Positions 12,905 to 25,640 of a DNA stretch of 64,000 nucleotides are shown piece by piece (the first letter of the stretch is position 1; the number at the start of each line of letters is the position of its first letter). The notes under the pieces are model-generated. The model was not told where the DNA came from, made no database searches, and saw only the letters and a program-made list of their open reading frames with translations. A program made the position numbers and the translations under genes. The DNA is from Squalus acanthias (Eukaryota), in contig CM059437.1 of NCBI GenBank assembly GCA_030390025.1, positions 28,582,001 to 28,646,000 of the forward strand. The letters run 5' to 3'.

Positions 12905-13390
12905 AGTAGGGTGCCCTACTTTATGAAGGATGACAAGGTCATAGAGGGTATAGAAGAGATTTACTAAAATAACACCAGGGATGAGAGGCTTTAGTTATGA
13001 GGAGAGATTAGAGACGCTAACACTCTTTTCACAAGATCTGAGAAGGTTAAGAGGAGATCTGATTAAGCTATTAAAAATTATGAGGAATTTTGATAAGAGA
13101 AAAACTATTTCTACTGGTTGGTGAGTCAGCAATTAGAGGAATATAAATTTAAGATTATCACCAGAAGAAAGAAGGGAAAGGTTAGGAATTTTTTTTGTGG
13201 AGAGGATTATTTAGATGTGGAGAGCCTGGCAAGAAACAGCAGTATATTAGCTTTTAAGAGGGATGTGGATAAATAATTGAAGAAAAAACAATGAAACGGT
13301 ATAGAAAAGGCAGGGGAATTGTACTCCGTGCATAACTCTTGCAGAGCGCCATACAGGTGTGATGGGGCAAATGGCTTCCCTCTGGGCTGA
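12905..13390 (+). mobile_element. Old CR1 3' end
   Basis: Decayed KDxKVIExxxRFT...SYEERL...RLRGDLI motif and CR1 3' UTR. Confidence 0.75.
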
Positions 13391-14787
13391 CAGCTTTGAA
13401 AAGAGCACAGTGTCTTGGCACAGCTTGAATAGTTTATAGTGTGGACATTGTAAAATGTACAGCAAACCTTGAACCTATAAAAGACTGTTCGAGAATCATC
13501 ACCAGGTGACAGACAAGGGATGATATGTTTGGCCACAGACAGGTAATGTTGGCTGTGTGACTGTTCTGATGACTCCTGGGACAGCAAAGAAAAACTCTCT
13601 CCAAATTTATTGATGACAGATAAAACTTAAAATCAGCAGTGGGATTGAAGTTGGAAGGGAGTGTTGCCACTTGAACATCACAACACAGGTGGAACAAAAG
13701 GCATTCCTATCAGCTGTTGCTGCACTCCTCCAGTACTGTGATATTTCAATGGCAACTCTCCCTATCAGCTCCAGATTTCAGTTCTGGTTCTTGCTGTTAG
13801 TTTTAAGCTATGATACTGTATTTAAATGGCAATTCTCCCTCCTGATTTTAAAATTGAATGGCCACTCACACTACTCCTCAGTTTACCATGGACTCAAATT
13901 CTGAGTGATGAATTGCTGAGTCCGCATTGTGTTCGGTTCCAACCAGTTCAGATTAGCAATTTTATTTTCATATTTTTGAAACAAAAAAGGGCTTTGGAAG
14001 CTATATTTGAAGTCACAATATTACCAAAAGGAACACTCACAATTTTAAGTAAAAAAAGTGAAATATTATAGAAATTGTGCATCAGGTCAAAGTAAGTAAG
14101 AACTCGAGGAAAACCCCTATTGGGCCACATTATACTGTAAGACATTTTCCTCTTCGTGCAAAGAAACAAATATCCAAAGAAAATATTGCACAACAGTGCT
14201 TTGCTTTTTCTTTATAAAGTTCTGTAACCCCAGTTGACATTGTGTCAAAGTTAGTATTAAACATTTCAAAAAGATAACGTTGACAAAAATTGTTGCTAAA
14301 TGTGCCTCCAGAAGGCCTCTGAAGTTCAAGTTCCCACCCACACTCCAAAACTGATTAGCCCTGCCCACAGAGATCACAGGGAAACGTGATCTGAATTCCA
14401 TTTTCTGTTTCTGTTTCAAAAATGGATGTTCATTCTGATTCTCTGATGTGCCTTGCAGGATGTTTTGTGGTTGGCAGGCACGAGAGGGAGTAATTAGCAC
14501 TCCTCTCCTTAAGTGTTCTGATTCTTGCTGGGGTGTGGTTCTAGGGAGGTTGAACACCCTTGTGTTCCTCGACCCAAGTAGCCATTCTTTATGTATGAAC
14601 CCAGACCCTATCAGCTAGGCTATTCTACAGTAGAAAGCATCACCGCAGCATCTAATCCAGAGCTCATCTGGTATGCACGTTTTCCAGCAGGGGATCACTG
14701 GATAGCAATCCATTTAAGAAATTTTTATCGATATATATTTCTTAAATGGGTAAAAACTATTGATTTTGAATATCTCAAACAATAAAG

Positions 14788-14913
14788 GACTTCACCTGAC
14801 GAAGGAGCAGCGCTCTGAAAGCTTGTGATTTCAAATAAAGCTGTTGGACTATAACCTGGTGTTATGCGACTTCTCACATTTGTTCGCCCCAGTCCAACAT
14901 CGGCATCTCCACA
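14788..14913 (+). mobile_element. Short Penelope-like terminal insertion with 13-bp TSD
   Basis: Flanked by direct repeat tcaaacaataaag (14775-14787 and 14914-14926). The body cacctgacgaaggagcagcgctctgaaagc...ggactataacctggtgtt resembles shark Penelope pLTR ends. Confidence 0.75.
14796..14832 (+). ncRNA. Candidate minimal type-I hammerhead ribozyme core
   Basis: CUGACGA, A, stem II GGAGC-agc-GCUCU, GAAA, then a short stem III region containing the palindrome AAGCUU and a UUC putative cleavage triplet. Stem I pairing is not obvious. Confidence 0.55.
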
Positions 14914-15924
14914 TCAAACAATAAAGAAAGAGTACAGCTTGGATAAAGTCGCAATTTTGTACATGTGCGCTTTTGCGAGTCTGCGTGCAGTTAACTGTGT
15001 GCTCCCAACTTGTGTGCTGGATGAATGATGCCAAAAATAAGTTGAAATTTCATGCTTAGGTCAAGAATGGTTTTCACTGCACTATATTATAGTAAATTGA
15101 AATAGAGAATACAGGCACTCTTGTATTGATCCTGGGGCTCCAGAAGAGCCAGTGTGCCACTGTTTCTTGTTGGGACTATTGGAGGGTCAGCAAGAAGCTG
15201 TCCAGTTTTTCTTCAACTCTTACTGTGCTCTTAGGCCCAGGAAAGGTTGAGTCCCAGATACCATCGGAAGCACGGCGCTTACCTTCTTTAAATAATATAG
15301 CGTTGTTGGTGGCAGGAGTACCATACTATCGGTATACAGTGCCTCGCAATGGAAACTGAGCTGGTTGTGGTAAATCTTTCAAGGCGTAACATGTGCTGGA
15401 ATAATTAATAGTGCGCAGGTGATAGCAGCTGCTTTCAGTTTTCAGTATCGGATCCATGGATAGGTCATGCTGAAGTGTAATGCCATGTTTACAGCTGCCA
15501 AGCAGTGCATATTTGGATCAGTTGGAGCCACATGAACACGCTTCACCAAGACACGAAGCACGATTACAGTTTGTTATTTCACTCTAAAAATAGTACGATG
15601 TAAGAATCCTCTGAAGTATTTTTCTTTGCAATCAGCAATAAAATATTTCAAAAATTTCATGGTTATTTTTTATGCATTAAGTAATGGAAAGGAGACATTT
15701 TTTTAAAAAGCTGTAGAAGCTGTTCAGGTTTAACTTCAGACCAATTTGCACAGCCTGCAGTTGATCTGTGTTGGAAAGGATTTAGGTGATGTGATGTACC
15801 CATTACATTTGAAATGGCAGGTCTAGAATCCATTCAGATCAAATCATTATTTTTCTCCATCTGTATTTATTCCAAGGTAAATACAGACTGACTAACAGTA
15901 CATTTCAAATACGATTTTGATTTA

Positions 15925-16255
15925 ATTGTGAGAAGCTTTGATAGAGTAGAGAGGGAGAAACTGTTTCCACTGGAAGAGGGTCGGTAAGCAGAGAACACAG
16001 ATTTCAGATAATTGGCAAAAAATCCAAGGGGGAAATAAGAATTTTTTTTACGCAACGAGTTGTTGCGATCTGGAATGCACTACCTGAAAGGATGGCGGAA
16101 GCAGAATCAATGGTAACTTTCAAAAGGGAATCAGATATATACTTGAAAAGGAGAAATTTGCAGGGCTATGGGCAAAGAGTAGGGGAGTGGGACCAAAGAG
16201 CTGGCACAGACACAATGGGCAAAATGGCCTCATTCTGTGCTGTATGATTCTATAA
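15925..16255 (+). mobile_element. CR1 LINE 3' end
   Basis: FDRVEREKLFPL...FFTQRVVAIWNALPERMAEAES and an atgattcta tail. Confidence 0.9.
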
Positions 16256-16899
16256 TTCGATGAATTAACTCAATTGGCAATTTGGGGCAGCTTCACATAT
16301 TCCAGGAGGAGGAGGAGAGGGGATTTTATAGTGATACTACACTATCCTCTCCCCTTGTTCATGAATAATTCTGATAGTTTTCTTTGACTTGGAGTAGTTG
16401 GTTTCTATTCTGAAGAAATAGATGACCTGTTTGTCATAGAAAACATGAGAGCAGAAACACTCCAGGTAAAATTCACTGATCCCCACACGCCCTGCGTTCA
16501 GTCGCACTCAAAGGGAATGCGGGTCGGAGAGTTAGTGTTGTAGTGGTTCAGTGCTGGGAGCGCAGGAATACTGAATATGCCTGTTAGTTTGAGCTAAGCT
16601 GATTGTGAAAAACGATTCATTGAAACGTGATTTCCACTGGACGGTGAAGCAAAGGCTGATCTTCAGGGCATGAAATGAACACAGCAGTGATGCCTGTGAA
16701 TTAATCACTTTTATACAGGTGCTTGAAGCAGTGTTCCCACTGCCCACTCGATGTGCGGCCCAGTTGAAAATCGTGCCCCCACCCCGCTACCCCCCCTCCC
16801 CCCCCAGTGCATCTCTTTCCTCCTTCCCCCTTAGCCAAAGTGCAGTGTTGAGCAGCAGTTTGAAATTACAGCAAGAATCTCAAGTGAGCCAGATTGAAA

Positions 16900-17310
16900 A
16901 GCTGTTTGCTGAATATTTATTTATCTTTGCCAATTTTTTTCCCTTGATCGCCTCTCCTGAAATCATTGACTCCTTGTTGAGATAGAGTTCCAAAGATGCC
17001 GGTCACCCTCCCACACTTAGTGCTGTTCTGTATGTGCATGAGAGTTATTGTCAGTAAGCTCTTCCACTGTGGGGGGCATCACAGCTAAGCCTGTCCTGCC
17101 CTCACCTAGCATCCACACACATGTACATCTAGCAGGAATTGTTGGGCAGTGACCGGGGGCAGGAACCCTGGCTGCATTTCCCTTCCCTAACTCAAAAGCA
17201 CAGAGGCCATTGACAGCACCCTTGTCTTTGCTGAGATCCGCTATCTCAGCACAAATCCAGGACCATACCTGGGATCTTTCTGGTCTGTGCAGTTCAGCTA
17301 CTCGCTGGTT
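16900..17310 (-). mobile_element. Old tRNA-head SINE (AmnSINE2-like)
   Basis: gggggcatcacagc...caggaaccctggctg...gctgagatccgctatctcagcacaaatccagg...ctggtctgtgcagttcagc. Confidence 0.7.
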
Positions 17311-19109
17311 AAATTTCCAAAGCGATCGGGGAGAGCTGAACTTTTTTTTCTCTAAAAATGCTGAGCGGTATCTCTTGTGTTTCACAACGTTGCTGTTGTA
17401 CTGTAACTGCCTGTGTCATTCCCTGTAATCCTTCTGCTGCCAGTACACTGACTGTGCTGCCAGGCGGACAGACAGGAAATCACAGAAGCTCGCAAATCCG
17501 ATGCGCTGCTCGACAGGTGGGTGCAGTGAGTGATGTGCTGGGAGTCTGCAGTCACAGGGTTTCAACTGGCTTGCTGGGCTGATGACATCGGCAGAGTTCT
17601 CGTATTACAGCTTTGTTTTTCCTGTTCCCAAAGTTTACACAGTAACCTGCCTTCCCCTCCTTTTCAACATTCTGCTCTCTGTTCAAATGGATTTGACACC
17701 AGTGTGTGCCTCTTACTAGGATTCCAGACATAAGGTTGGTGCAAACTTCGCAATTAAATGTGCAGCTGGAGACATCTTTGACAGTGGAAATGCTTTTACG
17801 GTTTTGTTCTTGTGAATATTCCGGCTACCTAGAGAAAGAGGGAGAAAATGTCACTGAGAAATTAGGTGCAGATAACGTGTTTTCTAGGCTGCATGTTTAC
17901 TGACTGGCCCTGGTTCAAGTCTTGTAGTGCCTAGACTGTGTTCTGTTTTCGATCAGTCTGTCCGCCTGTGGGAATCGGAGCTGTGTCTGAAGCCTGGTTC
18001 TTGGCCCCAGTCTGTCAGAAGGCTAAGAGTTTGCTGATATTTTTCCAGCCCCTGTGCCAAAAACAAAGGAAAGACAAAAAAGGGGGGAGAAAGAGAGAGA
18101 AAAGAGTTGTAGCGCTGTGGAGCTAATGACAATCTAATCTCCTGCTTCTGGTTTTTTAATTCCCAAGTGCCCAACGTGTGTGTTCGATTTCCAAAGTTAA
18201 AAAAATCATTTATTGTGGTGGTGGGGGAATAGAAAAGTTTGATAAATGAAAATGATAAGATCTTGCTTATTTGATCATTTATTCCATTGAGATATGATAT
18301 ATGCTTATTAGAAGGTTCATGAGATTGCTATGACTGAGGCAGTTTACAAATGGACCCTTTTAAGCTGCTTTTACATTGTTTTTGAGGGGTGACTGCGCTG
18401 ATGGTTGATGTCACAATCTCACGTACCTGGTCCCAACTCCAGTGTATTTACATAGAATTACATGCAAAATACATGTAAATTGCAACAAATGTCTGGGATT
18501 TGATCAGACGCGACGCCAGGAAGACCCAGTAGAAAACGGCTCTTCCTGGCTATCAGGCTGAGCAAATCTGACAAGCTTATATGGGGGTTGCTGCAAGACT
18601 TGCCTGTTGGAAGCCTGTGGTATATATGTAACACTTGAAGGCCAATTTAGAAACAGCTATAATCCCCTTTAGTGTCAGTACAAGCAGGGTGTAAGTTTGG
18701 GTTGTTTTAAATATATGTTTTCTCTTATTGAGAATGTTTCATTATTAAAAACATTACAGATTGAATTGCAGTACACTTGTTTTACAGTCGTTTCCTTCTT
18801 AGACTGTTACCACACAAAATTATCCAGCAAAAATAAGGGGTTACCTGTTGACACCCAGGTTTTTGCTGCCCAGAACTGTTCTGGTGGAAGCCATTCGTTG
18901 GTTGATATTTAATGTTTTCAGAGGGGGGCCCAACCCAGATGATGATGTGCAGAACAAGAAGATAATACACAAACCACCACTTCAATCCAAATTTTTATTT
19001 AGCAAAACAGTTCTATAGCACTTCTTCCACATTGGTCATGCGCATGAATCTGTCTTGTCCAAGCTGGTGCACTCCTACATGCTTGGTGCTCTCTTGTTCT
19101 TTGCACTGC

Positions 19110-19480
19110 AAGATAAGATTGCAGACCAGGAAAGTCTCAAGTTCGATCCTTGGGTCTGTGCTCAGTTAGCTGTTCTCATCTGGAGTGATAATTAGAACAC
19201 TACAATTGGTCTTAACGCCCTTAGCCTCAGGAGGGGGGGAAATTAGCCAGGGTACTTGCCCCAGTCACTCTCCCGTGACCTCTACTAAAACGTGCACGTT
19301 TGGACCTTGAGTAAGACCAGGATCAGGCTCGGCTGTGAGATCAAACAGCCTGATGACTAGTTCACTCTCTGGGCTCACAAATGATGAGTGATCCGCTGGC
19401 AAGGTATTGTCGGGTGACTGTCACCTGTGAAACCCACCAGGATATAGCAACTTCAGAAATTGGAGGGGGAAAAAAAGCAA
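19110..19480 (+). mobile_element. Old tRNA-head SINE (AmnSINE2-like)
   Basis: gcagaccaggaaagtctcaagttcgatcc (B-box GTTCGATCC)...gtgctcagttagctg...ctacaattgg...caggatcaggctcggctgtga. Confidence 0.7.
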
Positions 19481-19559
19481 CGGGCAAAATGTAAATAAAT
19501 GAATTGGTTTGGGCCAGACAGAAAGAATTACCAATCTATGCATGGCATACGCATGCATG

Positions 19560-19603
19560 CTCACACGCGCGCACACACATACCACGCACACACACACACA
19601 CAC
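19560..19603. repeat. (CA)n microsatellite, imperfect
   Basis: Seen directly in the sequence. Confidence 0.9.
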
Positions 19604-19727
19604 AATGTACAATTTTTTCTTAAAATGTTCCTACTGGAGAATATTTTTGGTTTTATATATATATAAATTCATAAATTAAGCTTTATAACAATTGCCTTTT
19701 GAAATGTATAGAAGTCATGTTTTTCAA

Positions 19728-20460
19728 GTGGATATTCGCAAACATAATGTGAATTTTAAAACCGGCAAGAACAACATTCACTGATTGGAAGGCTAATGAC
19801 AATGCACAACTGGGTGTCTGTCATGTGTGCAGACCCATCACTATTGTTCAGAATCTCCAAACTAAACTAAGTACACCTTCCATTGGCCTGATATGGAGTG
19901 AACATTGTTTTTCTCTATGGGCATACTCCACTTATCTAAGCCCAGAGGACTTGGATGCAGGCTGGAAAAAGCTATGGCTTAGGGATTTCCAAGTGTGAAA
20001 GGGCACTGGCAAAGTTTAACCAGACAAACATGCACAGCTCTCCAGAACAGAGCTTATCCATCTAGGACCAAACTAACTGTTGGTAACCCAGCAAGCCCAG
20101 GCCCTAAGAACTGAGTCAGAAGAATCCCAGCCCCCAGTGACAGATCTACCCCTCCAGGTCCCACCAATGAGCCAATTATCGATAGTGACCTGGAGTACTG
20201 TGGAGCTGCCTGGATTACTGAGTCTGTCACAGAGGATCAACTAATTTCAATCTCTCATCACCAGTTGTGTAATCTTGGAGTCAACGCAACCCAGTGAGGA
20301 TAGTCACCAGTTGGTCAACAACTAATGAGAGCATGTTGGGACTTTATCACCTGGTTAAACTGACTTCCATTGTCCAGAATCCAGGCACTGCTACATCTGT
20401 TCTCGTTGCACCTGAATTAGATTTCATAATTCAAGCCAGTTACAAATTTGGGGACTGCAC
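19728..20460 (+). pseudogene. Extremely decayed non-LTR retrotransposon RT remnant
   Basis: Ordered motif ghosts across frames: WIFANI (~FADD), QNLQTKL..FHWPD...LFS (~LQ.DL..L..W...W...F), and PIIDSDLEYCGAAW at 20172-20213 (~LIRPHLEYCSSVW). Many stops and frameshifts. Confidence 0.4.
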
Positions 20461-22508
20461 AGCATGTAACAATATTTGTGTTATGCACATCTTTGTGCAA
20501 TGCATTCTGGAGCACAGAATCATGAACCCAAACAGGTTTGTAGCTGTGCTGCAGCTGAACATTTGCAAAAACTGGAACCCAAACCAGTTTTGTGGCAGTT
20601 TTTTGGGCTCTGGTCTTGACCAACTCAGGAGCAAACCCTGTATTTTAAACTACTTTTCAAATCTAAGTTCAGATCATTTTAGTACTGTTCTAATACCAAA
20701 ATGAATTAGAGTCTTACTTTGACTAGATTATTTGAGCTATGATACATGTTTGAGACCCCTTTCCAAAAAAAACTACAAGCCAGCTAGCTGACTGTTGCTG
20801 TAAATCCTAATGCCTAATTTGAGTACTGCTGTTAAAATGGGACATGAGGCTTTTGTTCAAAATGTACTGTAGCCAGGTCTTGCATTTTAAGTCTGTCAGA
20901 ACTCCAGCTTTAGTATTTCTCTCTCTCTTCCATATCTGATAAGACTTGTGCTTATTTTTTTCCTGAAGGAGTGACAGAGCATGAATCCAACGCACTAACT
21001 GGAATGTTGACAGTATATTCTATTAAGGTCAGATTGCTGAGTGCTAGCTCTCTCCAACATAAACATCAGTTCACTTGAGTTCAGCAGACAACTTTGCAGA
21101 TGCTCATCTGGTTGTGAGTGATTTTCATCAAAAAAAAAGAAAAGCTCAACTTTGATATATTTGGGTAATTTATTATTTTTTCAGAAGAGGGGGCAAACGG
21201 TTTTTAAATATTCCTGGGGTCCACATCTGGAAGTAATTTTCTACATTCCAAAAGGATTACCACATGCTCTGTGATGAATTGGATTTGACTGATTGTTCGG
21301 ACTGACAGGTTTGAATAATGTTAAGAGAGAAAAGTATTTACAGTTTTTAATGGCTTTGAACTGTACCCGGAGATCCAAGCCAGGGAGAATTTATCACTGC
21401 TGTTGGTACATTTATAATTCACATAGAACTTTATCCGTGCTTCAGACAATGCAGTGCATGTTTCCTATTCAGACAGGGCGGGTTGCAGTGGAAACTGTTA
21501 ACCCTTTGTTGCTGAAGATTCTTTGCAGTACTCGAAGCTCTCTCATTTTCTGTCATACAACTAAATGATTTTTTTGTTTTGTTTAAAAAAAAAACTTATA
21601 ATGTATATATTTTTTTGGTTCTTCAATGTTAATTAAGCATAAAATGAGTGTTCTGAGAGATTTTGGAGAGGGTATACAAATACTTTTAAAATTAGCCCCC
21701 CCCACCCCCGCCAAAAAAAATGTACCGAGTAAAGTTTCCTCTCACTTCTTGAGCCAGGGAAAAGAATGCGGTTTTAACTATATTTTTTAAAAGATTCAGC
21801 TGGTGTGGGATGGAGTCCTCATCTTTATATTTTTTCCAAGGTGGCCATTTTTCCTATTAAATGGGATTTTCCGATGAGCGGGTTTGAATATGAGGTGGAG
21901 TGCAAACTAGTTTTAACAAATCTGATCAGGGCCAAGTGTGAATTTCAACTCATCCCTTGATGTGCTGCCTGCAGTCTTGTTTTACTTTCTGTACGGGATT
22001 GGGATAGGGCTGGTGCAGTAAAAGCAAACATATAAAAAATTGGTAAACATGGTGAGTCGGTTAAAAAGGGTTTAAGTAGGATTGGCTCAATGAACTGCTG
22101 CCAGATTCTTTACTGAAGGTTGGTCCTTTTGGAATGTATTGAAATTGGGGAATAATGCATCACATAGCATTAGGGTTCTTGGCTTAAGTAGTAGTTGTTA
22201 TTGATTTGTCAATTGCTTGTTGGTACAAGGTAAGCAGCTGGCTTAAGTGGCCAGTATTGTGTATGTACATAACAAACAGAAGACTTCCCCTGTGGGGATG
22301 GGCTAAAGTGTTGCATTTTACCGATAGTTGGGTTCACATAAGTGAATATTTAAATAAATAGTATTGATCATCGAAGTCCACTATCTGCCAATCATTCACT
22401 ACTGTTAATGGAACAATTTTACTTGTTTACCCCTCAAAATGAATTTTAAAAATTTCCATGGTGTTATATTTTACCAGGTTTCCACCCCAAATTCTTGGTT
22501 ACCTGTTA

Positions 22509-23490
22509 TACAACAACAACTTGCATTTATATAGTACCTTTAACATAGAAAAATGCCTTAAAATGCTTCCCAAAGGTTAAATCAAAAGTTGAACGGTGAG
22601 CTAAGGAAGGAGATATTAGAAGGGGTGAACAAAAGCTTCGTCAAAAGAGGTGGGCTTTAAAAGGATTCGTAAAGGAGGAGCGGGTGGTGGACAGGAGGAG
22701 GGGTTTAGGAAAGGAATTCCAGAGTGTGGGGCCTAAGCAGCTCAAGGCACGGCTGCCAATAATGGGGCAAAGGGAGGGAAGAATCCACACGAGGCCAGAG
22801 CCAGAGAAGTGGAGAGTTTGGGTGGGGTTGTAATGCTGGAGAATATTACAGAGATAGGGAGGAGTAAGGCCATGAAGGGACTTAAACTCGAGGCTCATAA
22901 TAAATTTGATGCCTTGTTGGACTGGGAGTCTATGTAGGCCAACATTAACAGGACTGATGAGTGACCAGGATTTGGTGCAAGATAGGATATGGGAAGCAGA
23001 TTATTGGATGAGCTGAAGTCTACAATAAATGGAGGATGGGAGGCTGGCTAGGAGAGCATTGGAATAGTTGACTCTGGAGGTGAAAAAGGCGTGGATGAGG
23101 GTTTCAGCCGCAGATGTGCTGAGGTAGGGCGGAGGCGTGCGATGTTACAGAGATGAAAGTAGGCAGTCTTTGTGATAGAGAGGACATAGAGTTGGAAATT
23201 CAGCTTGAAGTTGAGTCGGATGCTGAGATCGCGAATATTCAGGTTCAGTCCGAGACAGTGGCTGGGGAGAGGGATTGAATAGGTAAGAAAGGGCAATCCC
23301 CTTGACATGGGACAATGGAACGTTTGACTGTGTCAGTGAGGACGAGGAGGGATAATACGCCATAGTCACAGAGAATGTCATTTGTGACTTTGATTAGGGC
23401 CATTTCTGTGCTGTGGCAAGGGTCCAAACCTGATTGCAGAGATTCAAACAGGGAGTTGCAGGAGAGACGGGCAAAGATTTGGGAGGCGAC
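22509..23490 (-). mobile_element. L2 LINE 3' portion with internal deletions
   Basis: Minus ORFs HSTEMALIKVTNDILCD, SITKTAYFHLCNIARLRP and FKSLHGLTPPYL...GSRALSCLGPTLWNSFP. L2 tail ctatataaatgcaagttgttgttg on the minus strand. Confidence 0.9.
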
Positions 23491-24945
23491 TTCAGTAATT
23501 TCAAAAATCTTCTAGGTGAAAGCAAGATAAATGTAATTAAAACATTAAAAGATTTTGCCTTCTAGCATTCTTCTATTATAGTGAAAAGTGTACAAGAAAC
23601 TGCACACCAAAGACCTCCTTGTAATACTTTTCTATGAATTCCTTAACTCATTGAATAAAATGCTGTGCAAGGTAAACTATTCACATAACAGGAATTCACT
23701 ATCTCCAGCTTTACTGTCTTGGATGTGTTGCTTTAATTTTTGTGTGTACAGAAACAGCGCTGTTCTTTTAAAAATCTTATGCCTCCTATTCCTTTTAAGA
23801 TTCATCATTTCTCCTGATCAGTGTTAGTTACTTGAATATTAAAGGAGAATACTCACTATACAAGTACCTAGCGCTTGATGTGTTCCATGTGATTTTTATG
23901 TTTACGTAATACACTCTTGTTAGGCAGCTGCATTTGTAGATCTCCTCCCCAGAGACATCCATTTCTTGCATTTAAGGGACTCTACTCTGGTTTCTTCAGC
24001 CAAGGAGACCCCAGTGGAGAACATCCACTCCTCAGCATTGCTATTGGTCTCTTTGGTTTGCTTTTAGGCAGACTGTAAGTTATAATAACAACAACTTGTA
24101 TTTATATAGCGCCTTTAGCGTAATAAAACATCCCAAAGCGCTTCACAGAAGTATTATAAGACAAAAAATGACTAAGTTATCATATATTTTTGTTCTGGTT
24201 TTCTTTCAAATTCAGACCCTGCTGTGGTTTTAATAAACATGGGCAAAACTCAACAAGCTCTCTATTTAAAAAAAAACGAAAAGGTAAAAACAAAACAGTT
24301 CCTAATGGATCTGGAAGCAGACCAAATATGTTGTTAATAATGTGGCCCTCGGGTCTTCCCTTGGCAGAACTCACAGGGACTTATCTTCTCAACATCTTCA
24401 TCCAGGAAATAGGCACCTTCTGGGCTGTGCAGAGGGTGAGAGGAGTCCTTGATTTTCTAACCAAATACATTAGATAAGTAAAATAAACTAGCCTCTGGGA
24501 CATATTGAGGACTAGGTGCTTCATATTTAACTAACAACCTCATCACCTACATTTTTCAGTGGCTTTAGTGTTACAAAATTTGCAGAAAAAAATAAAACTA
24601 ATAAACTTCAGACATATTAAGTTGCAGACAATTAGTTGAGATACTAAATTTTGAACCTCCAACTTAATACCTGATCGTTGGGGTGTGGATGGGGTAAAAT
24701 TGCTTTTTGGTGCCATGTTTGATTAAACTTCGCTGTTGAAAATGAAATTATTTTCTTGCAAAAATGTTTCAATGTCAAACACAGTAAGCTTTAAACAACT
24801 TCACAAAATATTATCTCAGCTGAGTTTATTACAGCAAGAATATTGAAATGCTATAGAGAGGAGCAATAATAACATAGCATATGGTTTATTAAAAAAATAA
24901 AATGACTTTGTTGTATAGAATTTCACTTGAGGAAGAAACAAAACT

Positions 24946-25309
24946 ACTTGAGGGCTTGACAGGGTAGATGCTGAGAGGCTGTTTCCCTTGGCTGGAGAGT
25001 CTAGAACTAGGGAACATAGTCCCAGTGTAAGGAGTTGGCCATTTAGGACTGTGATGAGGAGAAATCTCTTCACTCAGAAGGTTGTAAATTTTTGGAATTC
25101 TCTAACCCAGAGGGCTGTGGATGCTCAGTCGATGAGTATATTCAAGACTGAGATTGATAGATTTTTGGACTCTAAGGGAATCAAGGGACATGGGGATCGG
25201 GCGGGAAAGTGGAGTTGAGGTGGAAGATCAGCCATGATCTTATTGAATGGCGAAGCAGGCTCGAGGGGCTGTATGTCCTATTCCTGCTCCTATTTATTAT
25301 GTTCTTATG
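24946..25309 (+). mobile_element. CR1 LINE 3' end
   Basis: ORF 24988-25218 ESRTREHS...RRNLFTQKVVNFWNSL...IFKTEIDRFL and an (ttatgttc) tail. Confidence 0.92.
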
Positions 25310-25349
25310 CTATTGCTTTGTTAGTGACAAATAGCATTGCCTGATATGA

Positions 25350-25640
25350 CACTGAGTGACGCAGACTAGCAAGATTCTCGGTTTGTTCTGTGGTCTGCAT
25401 TGAAGCTGCTGATCTTGGCTAACTGGCAGAAATTGGTTTGCTACAATTGACATCACCTGGGCTAGGGAGGAGAAAAATAATTTAAGGTTCTCATTCATGA
25501 TTGATATTCAGTGACGCCTGCTGGAAGATGGGTGTAGGTAGGTATCCAGTGAGAACAGGCTCGAACTTGGCTGAAATGCCCTTCATAGGCTTGAAGCAGG
25601 AAGAATGGCCACTTGGGAGATGTACAGGAGTGCTGCTATT
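25350..25640 (+). mobile_element. Old tRNA-head SINE (AmnSINE2-like)
   Basis: gcagactagcaagattctcggtt...gctacaattg...gggctagggagg...gaagaatggccacttggg. Confidence 0.55.

Noticed and set aside
20294-20704. 136-aa Cys-rich ORF as an endogenous viral envelope/F-like glycoprotein
   Set aside because: There is no signal peptide, furin site or TM anchor, and the upstream frames carry LINE RT motif remnants (LEYCGAAW), which explain the region better.
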